Numbered from the whole stretch's first letter, positions 11,929 to 24,779 are shown. The stretch is DNA of 63,747 nt, filler included, from Olpidium bornovanus S191 (GCA_017911155.1; 29 parts of 29 records of this genome joined end to end with filler, not necessarily neighbours in it), one strand, 5' to 3'. The notes: a model not told the origin generated them from the letters alone. Numbers and translations are program-made.

Positions 11929-12708
11929 CTTAAAGCGGCATTCAGCAGCGAAATGCCCAGGCTTGCCACAGGAGAAACAGGCACCTTTCTTCCTTTCATC
12001 GGAAATCGACGTCTTCCGCGTTGTTGCAATGAGAGCTTTATCCCCCCCGCCGTCCTCCTTTTTCCTTCGGAGATCGGCCTCCCTCAGCACGGCGATCGTC
12101 TCCGAGAGGGACGGACGTATCCACCTGCCGGGCTCCTTGTCCCGCCGGGTCCCGCTCTCCAGCGCGTCGATCGTCGTGGGAATAAAGGTGGACGAAACCA
12201 GTAAGGACAATGTCACGTGTTACGTGTGGCCAGTCACCTTCTTCGCCAATGTCAACCAGGCGCTGGACTTGCCCCTTTACGCGCGCTACGAACTTGTCCA
12301 TGCTGTCAGATGTTTCAATTTTCATTGTGTATAAGTCTCGGATGAGGTCAAGTCTGGCGCATGAGCCTACGACCTAAAAGTTCGCGTAGAGAGCGTCCCA
12401 CGCATCCTTCGCGCTTTCCTTTCTCTTCAAGAGGTGTTTGCAAAAAATGCTCTCGTTGCCACTGGGGGCTTCGGTACAAATCGTCGACATCGATAATATC
12501 CGAACGCGGACGAGGTTTTTGTTGAGATTGGAGGTCTCCGTCGCAATTTTAGTGGTATCCGGAGAGGTGTTAATCGACGCGTTTCGCGCCTTGCAGAATC
12601 CCAATAAANNNNNNNNNNNNNNNNNNNNNNNNNNNNNNNNNNNNNNNNNNNNTTAATTAATTAANNNNNNNNNNNNNNNNNNNNNNNNNNNNNNNNNNNN
12701 NNNNNNNN

Positions 12709-14230
12709 CATGGTTCAGTAAGGAATACGCCGGCAGGCAATGTCGGCGGAGTAGCGTCCTGAGCAGCCGCAGAGCTGCCATCGCAACGGCGGTTTGATCG
12801 GAGTGAATCCAGCGGATAATGAACTGTTTGACAGTAAATGAAGCCACTAGCCTGCTCCTATCTTCGACATCCACGACGCCGCCGTCAGGATTCGCCAATA
12901 GCGACGTTGAGAGGGGCGGATCCGACACCGTGTTGCCGAGAAGGAAGTCCACGCCCAGCCTCGCCACGCCGGCGCCTGCCTCGGCGGCAGCCCGGAGGGA
13001 TGCCAGCATCGCCTCAAGGTACAAACACACCGCCGTCGCGCTGCCGTCGGCCTCGTTGGCCTCTGTGAGACTCGTGGCGACAACGTTCTCAAGGAAGACG
13101 GACCTCACCTTCCGCAGCACGGCACCGGTCACCGCGCCGCTCGGGCAGCGGGAGAGCGCATCCTCGCAAAAATCGAGGAGGTTGAGAAGAGCAGCGACCG
13201 GCTCTCGGTACGTCGCGGAAGTGATGTCGACCGGGCCGCCTGGGACGGAAGAAGGCCGCGGCGCGGCGGCTAGGGAGCCGGATCCGGGAGCGGCGGGGAG
13301 CGAGCGGATGGAGACTTGTCGCGGGAGTTGCGAGTAGAGCGCCCCCAGGGCGGCGGCAACGGTGACGGGAAAATCCGACTGCGTAAGAATATAATCCTGG
13401 ACGGGCTCGTCTGCCAGTTCAACCAGGTACAGCAGTCCTGTCCGGGCGAGATCACCGGGCCGACCCTGCAGGTGCACAAAACGCAAGAGATATTCCCACA
13501 GTAGAAACTCCCACCGAGGAGAGTGAGTCTCCTCCGTACTCGTCTCGATTGGAGGCGCACGGCCGTCGCTCTTCTCTGACGACAGAGGCGGCCCTTCAGT
13601 ACCTGTCGTGACCGTCCTCTGAGACGTCGGCGATAAAACCTCGCTTCTCAGCCACGTCTTATCGTGGAAAAAAATGTTGAGCAGAGGTGGATAACCTGGT
13701 GCGGCCCAGGGGGATAACGCGCAGTCAAGCAAACGCACCGGACAATCGTAATTTCTGCCGTGATAATGAAATCACGCTTTCTGTTTCCTGCCGACGCTTC
13801 CACACTCACGCGATATCACGGCGCAAATGTTGTACATCAGGTCGACAAGGTCATCTTGATACCTCTCACTACGCGTTCTATCGCTCACGGTCATTTTCAA
13901 GAGCTTTAGCACGGGCGCGTGCACAGCTGCATGGGCTAGAACCCTGTCGTCGAGCAACTGAACTATACTGGACATGGTTCGAACGGCTTCCCCTCGCAGC
14001 CCTAGAGGTATGTCCGGATCCGATACGTCGACCAGCACGCTCAGCACGTTGTTCTTGAGCAGGTATTCCAGGCACGGGCCCGTGGGCCCTAGCTCTCCGG
14101 TCGATGGCGACGCGGCGTGAAAGGAGTTCTGTTCGAGGACGAGAATGTCGACCATTGTGCGCAAGCAACTTGGAAAATCTGACCTGTGGACGACGTCGCT
14201 CGGTTTCCTTGTTTCTAGGAAACAGTCTCG
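12709..14230 (-). CDS. fhipA: FTS/Hook-interacting protein (FHIP/FAM160, RAI16-like domain), internal fragment
   Basis: TGPCLEYLLKNNVLSVLV, VHAPVLKLL, DLVDLMYNIC, LLNIFF, FLLWEYLLRFVH..GDLARTGLL and LGALYSQLP match this family. Intron 13696-13809 joins the two ORFs in phase. Confidence 0.85.
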
Positions 14231-14633
14231 CTGAAGCGGACGCCACAATGAGGTTGAGTCCCGGGGAAGGCCAAAAAAAAAAAAANNNNNNNNNNNNNNN
14301 NNNNNNNNNNNNNNNNNNNNNNNNNNNNNTTAATTAATTAANNNNNNNNNNNNNNNNNNNNNNNNNNNNNNNNNNNNNNNNNNNNCCGCCCCCCCCCCCC
14401 CCCCCGCGCGCGGGGGGGGGGGGGGGGGGGGGAGGAGGGGGGGGAGGGGGTGTGAGGGGGAAGGGGTGGGGGGACCGCGGGGGTTCCGTGTGTGAGGGGA
14501 AGTGTGTTTTTGGGCGTGACCAACGCTTTCAGCGTCGTAGTCGCTTTTCCTCGTAGCCCAAGAGTCTGACGTCGCACTGAGCGGGCTCTCCACCCCGGTT
14601 TTTTTTATTTTTTTTATTTAATTATTTTTTTTT

Positions 14634-14673
<40 letters not shown>

Positions 14674-14752
14674 CCTGACCGGGGTTTCTTCGATTTCTCT
14701 CAGCGGTCTTCTCCTGCAGCCCGGCGTACCGGAAACCATTTCGGAAACGACC

Positions 14753-16384
14753 ATGCGGACGCCGCCCTTGAACTTGAGTTGCCCGGCCCTCGTCAGCGCC
14801 GCCGGCCTCTCGCTTCCGGAGCTCAAGCACGCGGCGCTGGGCAGCCGTTCTGCGGCGCCGCAGGAGAACCAGGCCGCCCTGCGCCACCCTGCGGCGGACC
14901 AGAGCGCTGGCGCGGCACGCCCGGATGGCGCCTCGCCGGAGGCCGACGGCGATGGCGAAGCGGCAGCGCTGGCGTTGAACGCCACGATGCGAGCGATATC
15001 TTTAGAGGGGCGGTTCCAGGACGACATGCAGGCCGAGCAGCAGCGAGCTCTGGAGGCCCTGGCCAGCCACCGGAATCTGAAGGACACGGTGGAGCGAGTT
15101 GGGCCTGGGACGGAATCGTCTGATCGCCAACCGGCTGCCCCGACGCTTGAGGTCGCCACGGCCATAACGACCGGCCCGAGGTCAGCGCCGACTGTAGCCT
15201 CGCCGAACGTCAGCACCCGAAATGCTCCACCGCCCCCGCCGCCCCAAGCAGCCAGGAAGGGCGATTCCAAAGCGGCAAGGGAGCCGTCGGACCGAGAGCA
15301 GCTGTTTTCGCCGTCCCCCCACTCTGCGAACAAGAGAAGCGCCGCGCCTGGGGGCTTCGAAACGGAACAGCTCGCCGCAAGGAAGGATCCGCTTCCAGGG
15401 TCGAACAGCGCCCCGTCCTCCTCGGAGGCGCAACAGGCGAGCCCAGAAACGTCTGATCAGCCTCCACGCGTCATCCCGCCCTGGGAGCTCCCGCGGCCAC
15501 CGCCACAGTCCACGTCGCCCATGTTCCAGTGGAAGCCCGCAGCCTCCCTTGCCTTGCAGCCGAAGAAGAAGAAGACCGCTATGCCGGTGGAGGCAGAGCC
15601 CGGAAAGAAGACCACGTTCTGGGAGAAGCTGACCGGCCGGTCTGGCTACGCAAAGGAGGAGCCGTTGGAGAAGAAATTGACCGCAAAGGAGTTCAACGAC
15701 CGGTTTCGAACGAAGCCGGACGACACGGACGAAGAAGGGACCTCGGAGGAGGAAGAGGACAGCGACGGCGGCGAAACGGAGGGGAGCGATTCTGAGAGCG
15801 ACGGCAGAGGCGGGACAACGGCGAAGAAGCCGAAAAAGCTGAAGCGAAAGGACTGGAATCGTGCGGTCCGCAGGTCCAAGACCGATGCGGTGAGGCGGAG
15901 TCGCGATGAGAACACATCACGTAGGTCGAAGTCCGCCGGTCCCGAGCGCACTAGGCGGAGCAAGGGGAAGGAAAAGAGGCGGGAAGAGGATGAAAACCCA
16001 GAGGGGGGGCAACCCTCTCGAGTATCCGAACGGGATATGCCGGCTTCGACGTCGCCACCACATCCGCTCCAGCAGCAGCAGCAACAGGAGCAAATGCGAC
16101 AGCAGCAGCAAATGAGGCAGCACGCACGGGCCCCGCCGCCCGCCGAGCCTCCAATCGCTGAAAACGACCACCTGGAGGGCCTTGACGTCGAGGTGCTTGA
16201 AGTGCCGGACCAGGACCTTCAGGACCCGTCGCTGCTCCTGCTGCGCTCATGCTTCCCGGACGAAGACGCGTCCGTGCTGCACTCGGTTTTAGAGGGACAC
16301 GAATTTGACCTCGCGACGGCCGTTAAGGCCTGCCGGAGCTACGGGTTCCGGGAGGACCCCGCCGCGGTGGCAGAAGTGCTGCAC
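14753..16384 (+). CDS. Low-complexity protein with a CUE-like ubiquitin-binding domain near the end of the exon, 3'-partial
   Basis: 544 open codons up to a GTGGGT donor. Contains acidic, basic and polyQ tracts and LLLLRSCFPDEDASVLHSVLEGHEFDLATAV (FP..VL CUE pattern). Confidence 0.5.
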
Positions 16385-16619
16385 GTGGGTGCCCTGCCCC
16401 GCATTCGGTGGGAGGGGCGGAGAGCGCGACGGTCGGGCAGTTTTCTGGCCTTAAAACCTGTTCTTTTTTTTTTCTCTTTCTTTTTCATATTGCCGCGCTT
16501 TCTGTGCCCCCCCCCCCCNNNNNNNNNNNNNNNNNNNNNNNNNNNNNNNNNNNNNNNNNNNNTTAATTAATTAANNNNNNNNNNNNNNNNNNNNNNNNNN
16601 NNNNNNNNNNNNNNNNNNC

Positions 16620-16826
16620 ATGATTGAGGGATCGGTGCCGGAAAGGGAGGAGGACCTGGACAACGCGATCGAAATGATTGACGAGCGTCTCCAGCGTGGC
16701 GGCAGCGTGTTGGCGCACTGCCGGGGCGGTTAGTTTCTTGCCGGAGCAAGCGCATTGCCCCCCCCGGGCGGCACATTTAGGAGAAAAACAGATGTCCTTC
16801 TAACATCGGCACCGCACGGTCCTTCG

Positions 16827-16885
<59 letters not shown>

Positions 16886-17264
16886 CCTCTCCCCCTAACG
16901 TGGCCCAGGCGTAGGCCGAGCGGGTGTGGTGGCCTGCTGCTGGCTTATCCGACGAGGCTACGCCCGAACCGCCGTGCGCGCCATTCAGCTCGTGCGGGCC
17001 CGCCGGAGCTGGCGGGCCATCGAGACGCGGCGGCAGGAGGACTGCATCGCACAGTACGAGCAAAGGTGGAGGTTGCGTCGCGAATTCCTACCCGCCCCCG
17101 CGCCGCCGCCGCCCGCGCCGCCGCCGAACGGCGCGCCGAGCGTAAACATCACGGACGAGACTCAGATCGTCAGAATCGAGCCAGACGGCTCCTGCGAAGT
17201 ATCCGTCGAGCAGAAGAAGCTGTCCACTGCGGAGAGCGGTGTAGACGGCGAGGAGGAAGGATGA
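16620..17264 (+). CDS. Dual-specificity/tyrosine phosphatase (CDKN3-like), C-terminal part, 5'-partial
   Basis: Removing intron 16729-16908 (GTTAGT..CTAAC..CAG) rebuilds the CX5R loop VLAHCRGGVGRAG, followed by VRARRSWRAIETRRQE. Confidence 0.85.
16827..16883. repeat. (GCC)19 microsatellite inside the phosphatase intron
   Basis: Perfect trinucleotide run read directly. Confidence 0.95.
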
Positions 17265-19568
17265 AGGTCAAGAGAGGGAAGGGTCTTTCGTGATCCGGAT
17301 TTCGATATGTAACTTTTTTAAATCGCGTTTCCTTATGCCTCCCTTTTTTTCCCGGCGGTATAAATTATTTGTATCCCCTCCGCTGTCTCGCGAGCAACCG
17401 CTCCTTTTTCAGTTTTGCGACCCTTCCCCTTTCCCCCTCCCCTCCCGCCCCTTTGCCGTCTTCCAATACCCACGGACCTCGCTCTGTCGAGTAAGAGTAC
17501 GTCTTGCGAGAGTCGGGTTTCCTCGCAGTAGATACGGAAAGGGATTATATCGGGCCGTTGACGCAAGACGTTCGATATCGACCGGGTCGAGAGAACATGC
17601 GTGATCGCACGCCTTTCGTTTGGGGAGATCTGAACCACCGTGTGGAGTCTGTATTCCCTGTTCCGCTTTTTTTTTTGTTTGTTTTCTCTCGGCGCAAAGG
17701 GGAGCCAGCAAAAGCTCTGCCACAACAGGCTGGGTTTCCGTGGCCGCTGATAACGTGGACTCACCGTGCGCACAGGAAAGAAGAGCGCGCACGAATGTTT
17801 TCTCACGCACAACGCTGGCGTGCGGCTAGATGCCACACGCGGATCCCGCCCCCCCTACGGTGTTACCCGCTGGCGTGCCATAGCTTGTCGGCTTTAAACA
17901 CGCGGGGGGGAAGGGTGGGAGGGGGGGATGGAGACATACACGTCGCGTCGAAGAGAAACGAAATAACATTATACGTCGTGATAACGGCACGGCAGTAAAC
18001 GTGAATATAGTTCGACCAAAACAGTTCCCGGCCAGACCAAGAACTTTTTGCAGTTCAGTTCGAAAAGGGAATCCAAGCAAAGGTGGCGGGGACACTGCCA
18101 GGATTTTCGTCTCGCGTCAATCATGCCAGTCGGCCTTCAGGGCGAGGCTGAAGAAGCAGATTTTGTCCGTCGCCTCGTCAATCTGCGCAAGGTAAAACGC
18201 AGACACTTGGGACAATCAGAAATACGAGCTTCCCGCCTCCCCCCCCCCCCCCCCCCCCCNNNNNNNNNNNNNNNNNNNNNNNNNNNNNNNNNNNNNNNNN
18301 NNNTTAATTAATTAANNNNNNNNNNNNNNNNNNNNNNNNNNNNNNNNNNNNNNNNNNNNCATGATAAAGCCCTGCTTTCCGGTGGTTGGAAAAGCGGAGA
18401 ACAAAAAAGAAATAATAAAACCAAACGTTAATCATCACGCGATACGCCAAATCAATTCGTTCAAAATGATACATCAATCACAGGCGCAATAATACAGGGC
18501 TCTCTCTGCTCCGTTGATATTTTTGAGCTCCGGTTCCTTCAGGCCAAAAAGCCACACTGAAGACTGCAAGCGCGAGTGTCGCTGTCTTGAAAGGACGATG
18601 TCGTTTCCGCGCACGGCTTAAAAAAATCATTTTTTGCACAACGGTTGAGCCGGATTTGGGAAATCTGGCCGCCTCCCGTCAGTAATCGTCGTTTCCGTGC
18701 GCAGAATGACAATCATAGTGGCCCCACTTACCGACACATCCCGTGGCTGCTCAGAGGTTCCCGGGAATCCCTGCAAGTTAAACAGTCGGCTCTGTGCCTT
18801 GGAGCTCTCGCCGATGTCTGCGAGCGCAGCCGGTTTTCCGTGGTTTTGGTCGCTTGCGTGAGAGGCAAGTCCGCCAAGCTCGTTGCTCGCCGACGTCGCC
18901 TTGCAGCCTCCACACAGCTGAAACTCGTCTTCGACCGATCACACGGCTGCTCCGCCGCCGAAACTTGTCGTTCGACCGCCGGCACCATTCACGCAGCTGT
19001 TCTGGAAAAGCTTGTCCCATCCGCACAGGTGATCTCTCGGGCGAAGATCACCGCTCCAACTTCGTCGACCGGGGTAGTATCCACGCAGTTGCTCCGCAAT
19101 GTGAGACTCTGATCCGCAGCGTGTCGACATATCACCATAGCTAGCAGTTCCCTAACAACACACAGTTACTCCTCCGGCGAAGCTCGCCGAAAGTCGCAGT
19201 CGCAAATGAGTTGACTGACGAATAGCCGCAGCTCAATTTCAGGCAGCCCTCTCAGTAGCCCGCACACAGTTGCTCCTCCGAGAAAAAGCTAGCCGAAGCT
19301 TGCACCCTCTGTGGAGCAGCTGCTGCGCCGCAGCTCGACGAACCCATCGACGTATCCCCACGTCATCTCCGCTGCCGCGCGACGAGGTCGCCTTTTCGCT
19401 GCAACGCGTCGAAGCATCTCCGCCGTAACTTGACGAACCGCACTTTTCGCCGCTCCGCGTCAGAATCTTTTTTTTGGGGGGGGCGTAGATGTGGGAAGAC
19501 GTTCACGCCCTAGCCAATCAGAAAAGGAGTGAGGCACGCCAGACATACGGACGGGCAGAACACTATAT

Positions 19569-20007
19569 TCATTCAACAGGGCGCTTTTTCCGCTTCGACC
19601 TGGCCTCCAAAATTGCCTGGATGGCAGCGTATCTTTCGGCTGCCTTTTGGTCTGATCCGCCCCAGCACACAAAGAATCGCCAAACAAAAGATGAAGGGAA
19701 AAAGAAAGATTGAGTGCGAATTAACAACGCGAGTTGCGAAAAGAACGGAAACGAACGATGAATCACAACGAAATCAAACCAACAGGACCAAAACGAGGGA
19801 GGGATCAAGACAATGAAAAGGTTATATCACACACACCTTCCGCTATCCTCTTCGCCTCTTCCGTTGACCTTGCAAGCTCTGCCTCGCGCTCCTTCCTCCT
19901 TCTCTCGCCGTCGGCTTTCAGACGCTCAATTTTGCTGCGGACCATCGCGTCCGCCTCCTTCTCGTCCTGCTTCTGCTTCTTGAAATATGTTTCTCTTTCC
20001 AGGAGAT
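19569..20007 (-). CDS. Last two exons of a charged coiled-coil protein of unknown family
   Basis: DLLERETYFKKQKQDEKEADAMVRSKIERLK..RIAE splices in phase (GTGTGT..CAG) to DQKAAERYAAIQAILEARSKRKKRPVE-stop. Upstream exon phases are unresolved. Confidence 0.35.
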
Positions 20008-20289
20008 CTAAGGTAACAAAAGGGAAATCGCGGGGTGTTAGCGTTAGCCACGGCGCGGATATACGATGATAGCGCACCAGCATTTTCAGTTCCGTGGGAC
20101 AAATTGACTTTTCCTTCCAGCTCCTTTTGCCTCTTTATTTCTTTGTCCTTCTCAGTCAGCAACTGCCAGGGCTTCAATCAGCCGCCATGNNNNNNNNNNN
20201 NNNNNNNNNNNNNNNNNNNNNNNNNNNNNNNNNTTAATTAATTAANNNNNNNNNNNNNNNNNNNNNNNNNNNNNNNNNNNNNNNNNNNN

Positions 20290-21933
20290 ACATGACCTCA
20301 CCTGACTCTTTGTGTCACGCGACGCCAGAAGCTTCCTGGTTTGTACATTCCAGGTCTTTACGTGCCGGTCTGAACGCCCGCCGCCGGTGGCCAGGATATT
20401 TGCCTGGTGAGGGCTCCAATCGATGGCGCGGATGGCGGAACTGTGCGCGCGGATCCGCCACAGCGGCTTCTGCGTCTGCCTCTCGTCCCACACAATCAAG
20501 CGGTCGTCGTTTCCGCCTGAGGCCAGCATGCCTGTTCCCCACTTGAGCCCGCACACCTCCCCATGATGCCGCGCCAGCTGCATGGTGAAGTGCCGTGACT
20601 CCCGGACGTCGCGCTGCAGGATCGTGCAGTCGCGAGAGCCCGTCGTCAAAATGCAATTATTCCACGCCAAACACCCGACTCGCAGGATGTGCCCGCTCAT
20701 TTTCCGCACGCGGCGCTGACGGTTGACGTCCCAGATCTGCACAGAACCACTCGCCGTGCCCAGGGCGAGGTGGGTGCCCTGTCCGGAGCGTCCATCAGCC
20801 GATTTTCGTTGCAGGTGCGCCTGGTGTCTTACGCGGGACCCACCGATTCGGCACCTACCCCTTCCATCCAACTGATTGAGGTCACCAAGTCCGCGGGCCC
20901 CAAATCACATAAGGTGATCACCTGTTCGAGTATGTCCCATCAGCGTGCCGAGTGATTTCGCTAAATTTCTGGATAGCCACTTTTTTTTTCGTTGAACCGG
21001 CGCTTACCCGTGCCGAGGCTGCGCTCCAGAGATGTACCGTCGATTGAAGTCCAACCGCGAGAAGGCTCTCTCCCGCTGTCGGACGGCCTGGACCCCAGTC
21101 GACAAGGTGAGAATAAAAATCGGTCTATTCATTGAAATAGGAGAAAATTGACTCAGATTACTCTTCTTCGCTAGGCATTTTCGCTGGACCCCTCCTTCGT
21201 GCGTCGCAAGCCACGCACCCGAAGTCCTGGCGCATCAAGAACTTTGAACGCTGACTTGCTGAACGTTCGCTGGGCCTTTGGCGGCTGCAAGAAGATTGCA
21301 TGCGGTTGGTTGTTGTACGGCTTCGCACCGAGCACAAGGCTCCCAAGCTCGTCCCTTGGCGCGAACTTTCCCGTTGGGCTCCCGAACGCGCCTGGAGCAA
21401 ACAGTCTGGTTGGTTTGTAGCCGCTTGGAACTAGACGACCACTGGTGACCAGTGCCTGCTTGAGCTCGGCGTGCGATTCTGCAACCAAAGTGTTCCGTGA
21501 GTCTGCAACCCCGGACGTGTCTTGATTCTCACCCCGGTCACGGCGTACCATTCTCCTCGTCGTCGTCGTCCTCAGGTTTTCGCCTCTTCCGCGAGCTCTG
21601 ATGCATCTCAAATCGTTCCGCCATGCTCAAACCTGAGCTTCTGTCAGGGATAAACCTGTCGGCCATCGGCGTCTGACGCTTTGGCGTTTGAGACGCCGAG
21701 AAATAGCCCGTCCTTCTATTGCTGCCGTCCGGCAACCGGCTCTCTGGACCCGTCCTCAGCGGCGTCATGTACATGCACGGCGTCCCACTCCAGCTCTGCG
21801 TCGGTGTCCGCGGAAGTACATCCCTGCCGGACGTTGCCGGCGGCGGGGTCCTTCGCCCGGAGTCTACCGCCGGAGCGTCAGGCGCGGTTTCAAGCTCCTC
21901 AGAAAAGCCCTCCCGCGGGGCAGACATTGGCAC
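20290..21933 (-). CDS. CDH1: APC/C activator of the Cdc20/Fizzy family, most like Cdh1/Fzr1; multi-exon, 3'-partial
   Basis: C-box DRFIPDR, FKVLDAPGL, LCDLGPADLVTSISW, GHILRVGCLAW, EVCGLKW and LASGGNDD WD40 motifs. The Cdh1 call over Cdc20 rests mainly on KVLDAP and the start codon is uncertain. Confidence 0.85.
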
Positions 21934-22614
21934 GGGCCTCGGTGCGATGAGTGTTGAATAAAATAACCGCCCAAATAATATCCCCTCTAGACTTCGTCGC
22001 GGCTGAGATCAGGTTTTTGTCAGGTGTCAACGACTGCGATGAAAACGAACATGCGCGTCAGTCATGAGCTGCCTGACCGCCGAACCGCCCTGCCGTCCTG
22101 TAAAGTCGGTCTGCGTCACCGCTCCGTAGGCGGTTTCTTCGCAAACTCGAAAATCGCCAACGAACCACTGCTCTGCGTCGCGAGATCGCTGGCGTCCGAG
22201 AACAGCGCGATGCGCGGGCCGTCGCCGCTGCCCCTTCCGCTTTGGGTGGGTCCCCGCGCGCTCACCGGCGAGGAAGGCCGACGCGACTTGTGGGCCGGGG
22301 TCCACCACACGCGCCCTTACGGGCCTAAGCGGAGGGTGAACGAGGGGCTCCGGCGCTCGCTCCGCCTCTCCTGCTGCCGCGTCCCCTGTTTTGCTTCTCT
22401 TTCGTTTCCTGTCTTTCGTTCTCTGCTTCTCTTCGTTTTCCGGGACCTGGTCAACGACTGCGAGAGCGGAAGAGCAAAAGAGCGAGAGCGAGAAAGAGAC
22501 AAAGATAGGCTTCCNNNNNNNNNNNNNNNNNNNNNNNNNNNNNNNNNNNNNNNNNNNNTTAATTAATTAANNNNNNNNNNNNNNNNNNNNNNNNNNNNNN
22601 NNNNNNNNNNNNNN

Positions 22615-22703
22615 CATGAATCATTATAATAAACGACATATCCTGTGATGGAATGACGATCAACCGGATGATTCGCGTAGTCACTGTCGACAAATGCGGT
22701 CAG
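22615..22703 (-). mobile_element. Ty1/copia RNase H N-terminal fragment at a contig end
   Basis: LTAFVDSDYANHPVDRHSITGYVVYYN matches the copia RNase H start (compare FCDADFAEGRDTRRSTSGHVYLL at 8503..9153). Confidence 0.6.
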
Positions 22704-24779
22704 CTTGGCGGGGGCGGACGGGACCCCCCCTGCGGGAGGAGTCGGAGGCGGGCTTCGCCGGCGTGAACCGCGGGTCTGTCGATGGGGGCAGATTCGCGGG
22801 AATCGCCGGAGGGAAAAGTTCCCGCGCCCGGGCACCTTCGCACGCGTGCCAGCTCCCGGCGTGCCCGTCACAGACTGCGGCTGGCGGGGATCCTGTCGCA
22901 CCGGGCCCGGATGCCACCTGGGTAGCGGAGAGGATCTTCCGCCACTGCGGTTAGGCAACGCCGCGTGGGTCAAAATCCCGATCAAAAAAAAAAACGTTCA
23001 GCGGCAGACGCGGGGTTAGCGCCCCCCGCGCCTCAATTTGGTAGCTACGCGGCCGGTCTTTCCGTGCCGGCCGCGGGAGTACCGGCCTCTTCTCCGGTAA
23101 CCCGCATGGCCGAGGTGAGGTACCTTGGAGATGCAGTGTCGGCGCGGCCTGGTGGGGTGTTTTCGATCCATTTTTTGTTGAGATTTGGTCTTTTTTTTGT
23201 GGTCCCCCACTCCGTGCGCCTCCCAAATAAAGGGACGGTTGAGATTCAAGCCTCCAACTGGTGCGTTCGATCCCCACGGTTGCTCTGCGTTTCAAAAGCA
23301 TAGAGGTCTTTGACAATCAACTGCCGCAGAGGTTTCGATGCACGGCCGCCCGTCCGGGCCTCCTTTCCCACACAAGCAATCATTTTCGCTTTCTGTCGCC
23401 TTTTGTATTTAAGCCGCGCGGGGGGCAAACGGCGTTGGCGATAAAAAGTTTTTTTTTTTTTTTTTGCTTATCCCCGGTTAAATCAGCCGTGAAGGAGTGG
23501 CGGGATGGTTTTAATTTCCGCGTGTGTCGGTGGAGGTGCGGCCGGAAAGTTTCGCTTTGGTCAGCGGTGGCGTTGCAGCGGCGACGTTTTTTTTTTTTTT
23601 TTTTTTTTTGTTCACCTGCTCGGATAATGTTTGACCGGATTGTTGAAAGAGGCGTCGCGGTGGCGGTGCGGCGCGGACGGTTTTTTTTTTTTTGTTATTT
23701 GTTTTTCTTACCCGTTTGGATCATGTTGGGCCGTGTCGATTAATCGCAGGAGGGCTTTACAATCCATCACACACCCAGACGGATACGCCGGTGACGAAAC
23801 CGCAGATCCCAGTGCGCGCGGGCGAAAGCGGAAAGCGAGCTAGAGGGCAATGGCGGAAGGCCGGCAGGAACATTATCCTTTTTATACCCTGGTTCATGCT
23901 TGGCGCAATGGTAAAGTCCCGCCACGCCATAGGGACGGCAATTGTGCTTTTTTTATTATCTACTAGGATCATGGGCCGAAAGGAGAGTACAGAGGGGTCA
24001 CGGGTGGCGAAGACTTTTTTTTTCACTTGCGCGGATCACAGACCGTAGGGGTAAGAGGGCAACCGAGGCGGGCATGATTTTCATTAGCTTATAAAACGTA
24101 AATACAATCGACTTTGGAGACATTGACGTGCAGGTGAATGAGACTTCCGCATGCATGAATTTTCAATCGGCCCATTTCTTCCCCTGTTCGCCGGAATTTT
24201 GCTCCTCATGGGAGCCGGATCGCCGAGCTGGGGAGGGGACACCGGGGTCAGGACGGGGCACGCGCGCAAATTTACGGCTTTCTTTCCCCACCCGTCGGTG
24301 ACTAAAAAAGAGGGTGGTGGGGCCCAANNNNNNNNNNNNNNNNNNNNNNNNNNNNNNNNNNNNNNNNNNNNTTAATTAATTAANNNNNNNNNNNNNNNNN
24401 NNNNNNNNNNNNNNNNNNNNNNNNNNNCGTTTGAACTCATCAGAGTTTTTTCCGTTTTGACACCTTTTCCCGTCTTTTTTTTTTCTTTTTCTTTTCTTTT
24501 TTTTTCGTTTTTTTCTTTTTTTTCGTTTTTTCCTTTTTTTTTCTTTTTTTTTTTTTTTTTTTTTTTTTTTCTTTTTTTCTTTTTTCCATAATTTCCCTTT
24601 TCTTTCTTTCCTACCAAACACAAACAATGGCGGCGGCGATAACAGCAAACCCAAAACAAACAAACAAAAAAAAGGGGCGAAAAAGGAAAGAAATCACCCG
24701 CCCGGCCGGGGAGATGGGAGGAGGGGAGAGAGGCGCGTGGGGGATGGGGAGTGCCTGCGTTCGGCAATCAAATATTAGG

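Larger units (their letters stand above)
8313..12608 (-). mobile_element. Ty1/copia LTR retrotransposon, near-complete internal region plus 3' LTR, inactivated; 5' LTR off the contig
   Basis: Order is gag (SAKDAWDAL; knuckle CFSCGKPGHFAAEC at 11938-11979), protease (WIIDTGASYHVT), pre-integrase (LWHARFGH), integrase (VHSDV, TDGGGEY, QNGLAER), RT (KVRLVAKGFSQ, DVKSAYLNG, ALYGLKQAG, CVDD), RNase H (FCDADFA, EAEY, EDN, KHIDIRYH). INT before RT defines copia. In-frame stops and frameshifts are present. Confidence 0.95.

Noticed and set aside
18645-19450. Degenerate CAGTTGCTCC-type repeats and a GKWGHY knuckle-like remnant, possibly a decayed gag
   Set aside because: No continuous frame or convincing retroelement motif; too eroded to call without a database search.
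23106-23843. Possible micro-exon gene starting ATGGCCGAG|GTGAGG
   Set aside because: The candidate exons could not be joined in phase into a recognisable protein.
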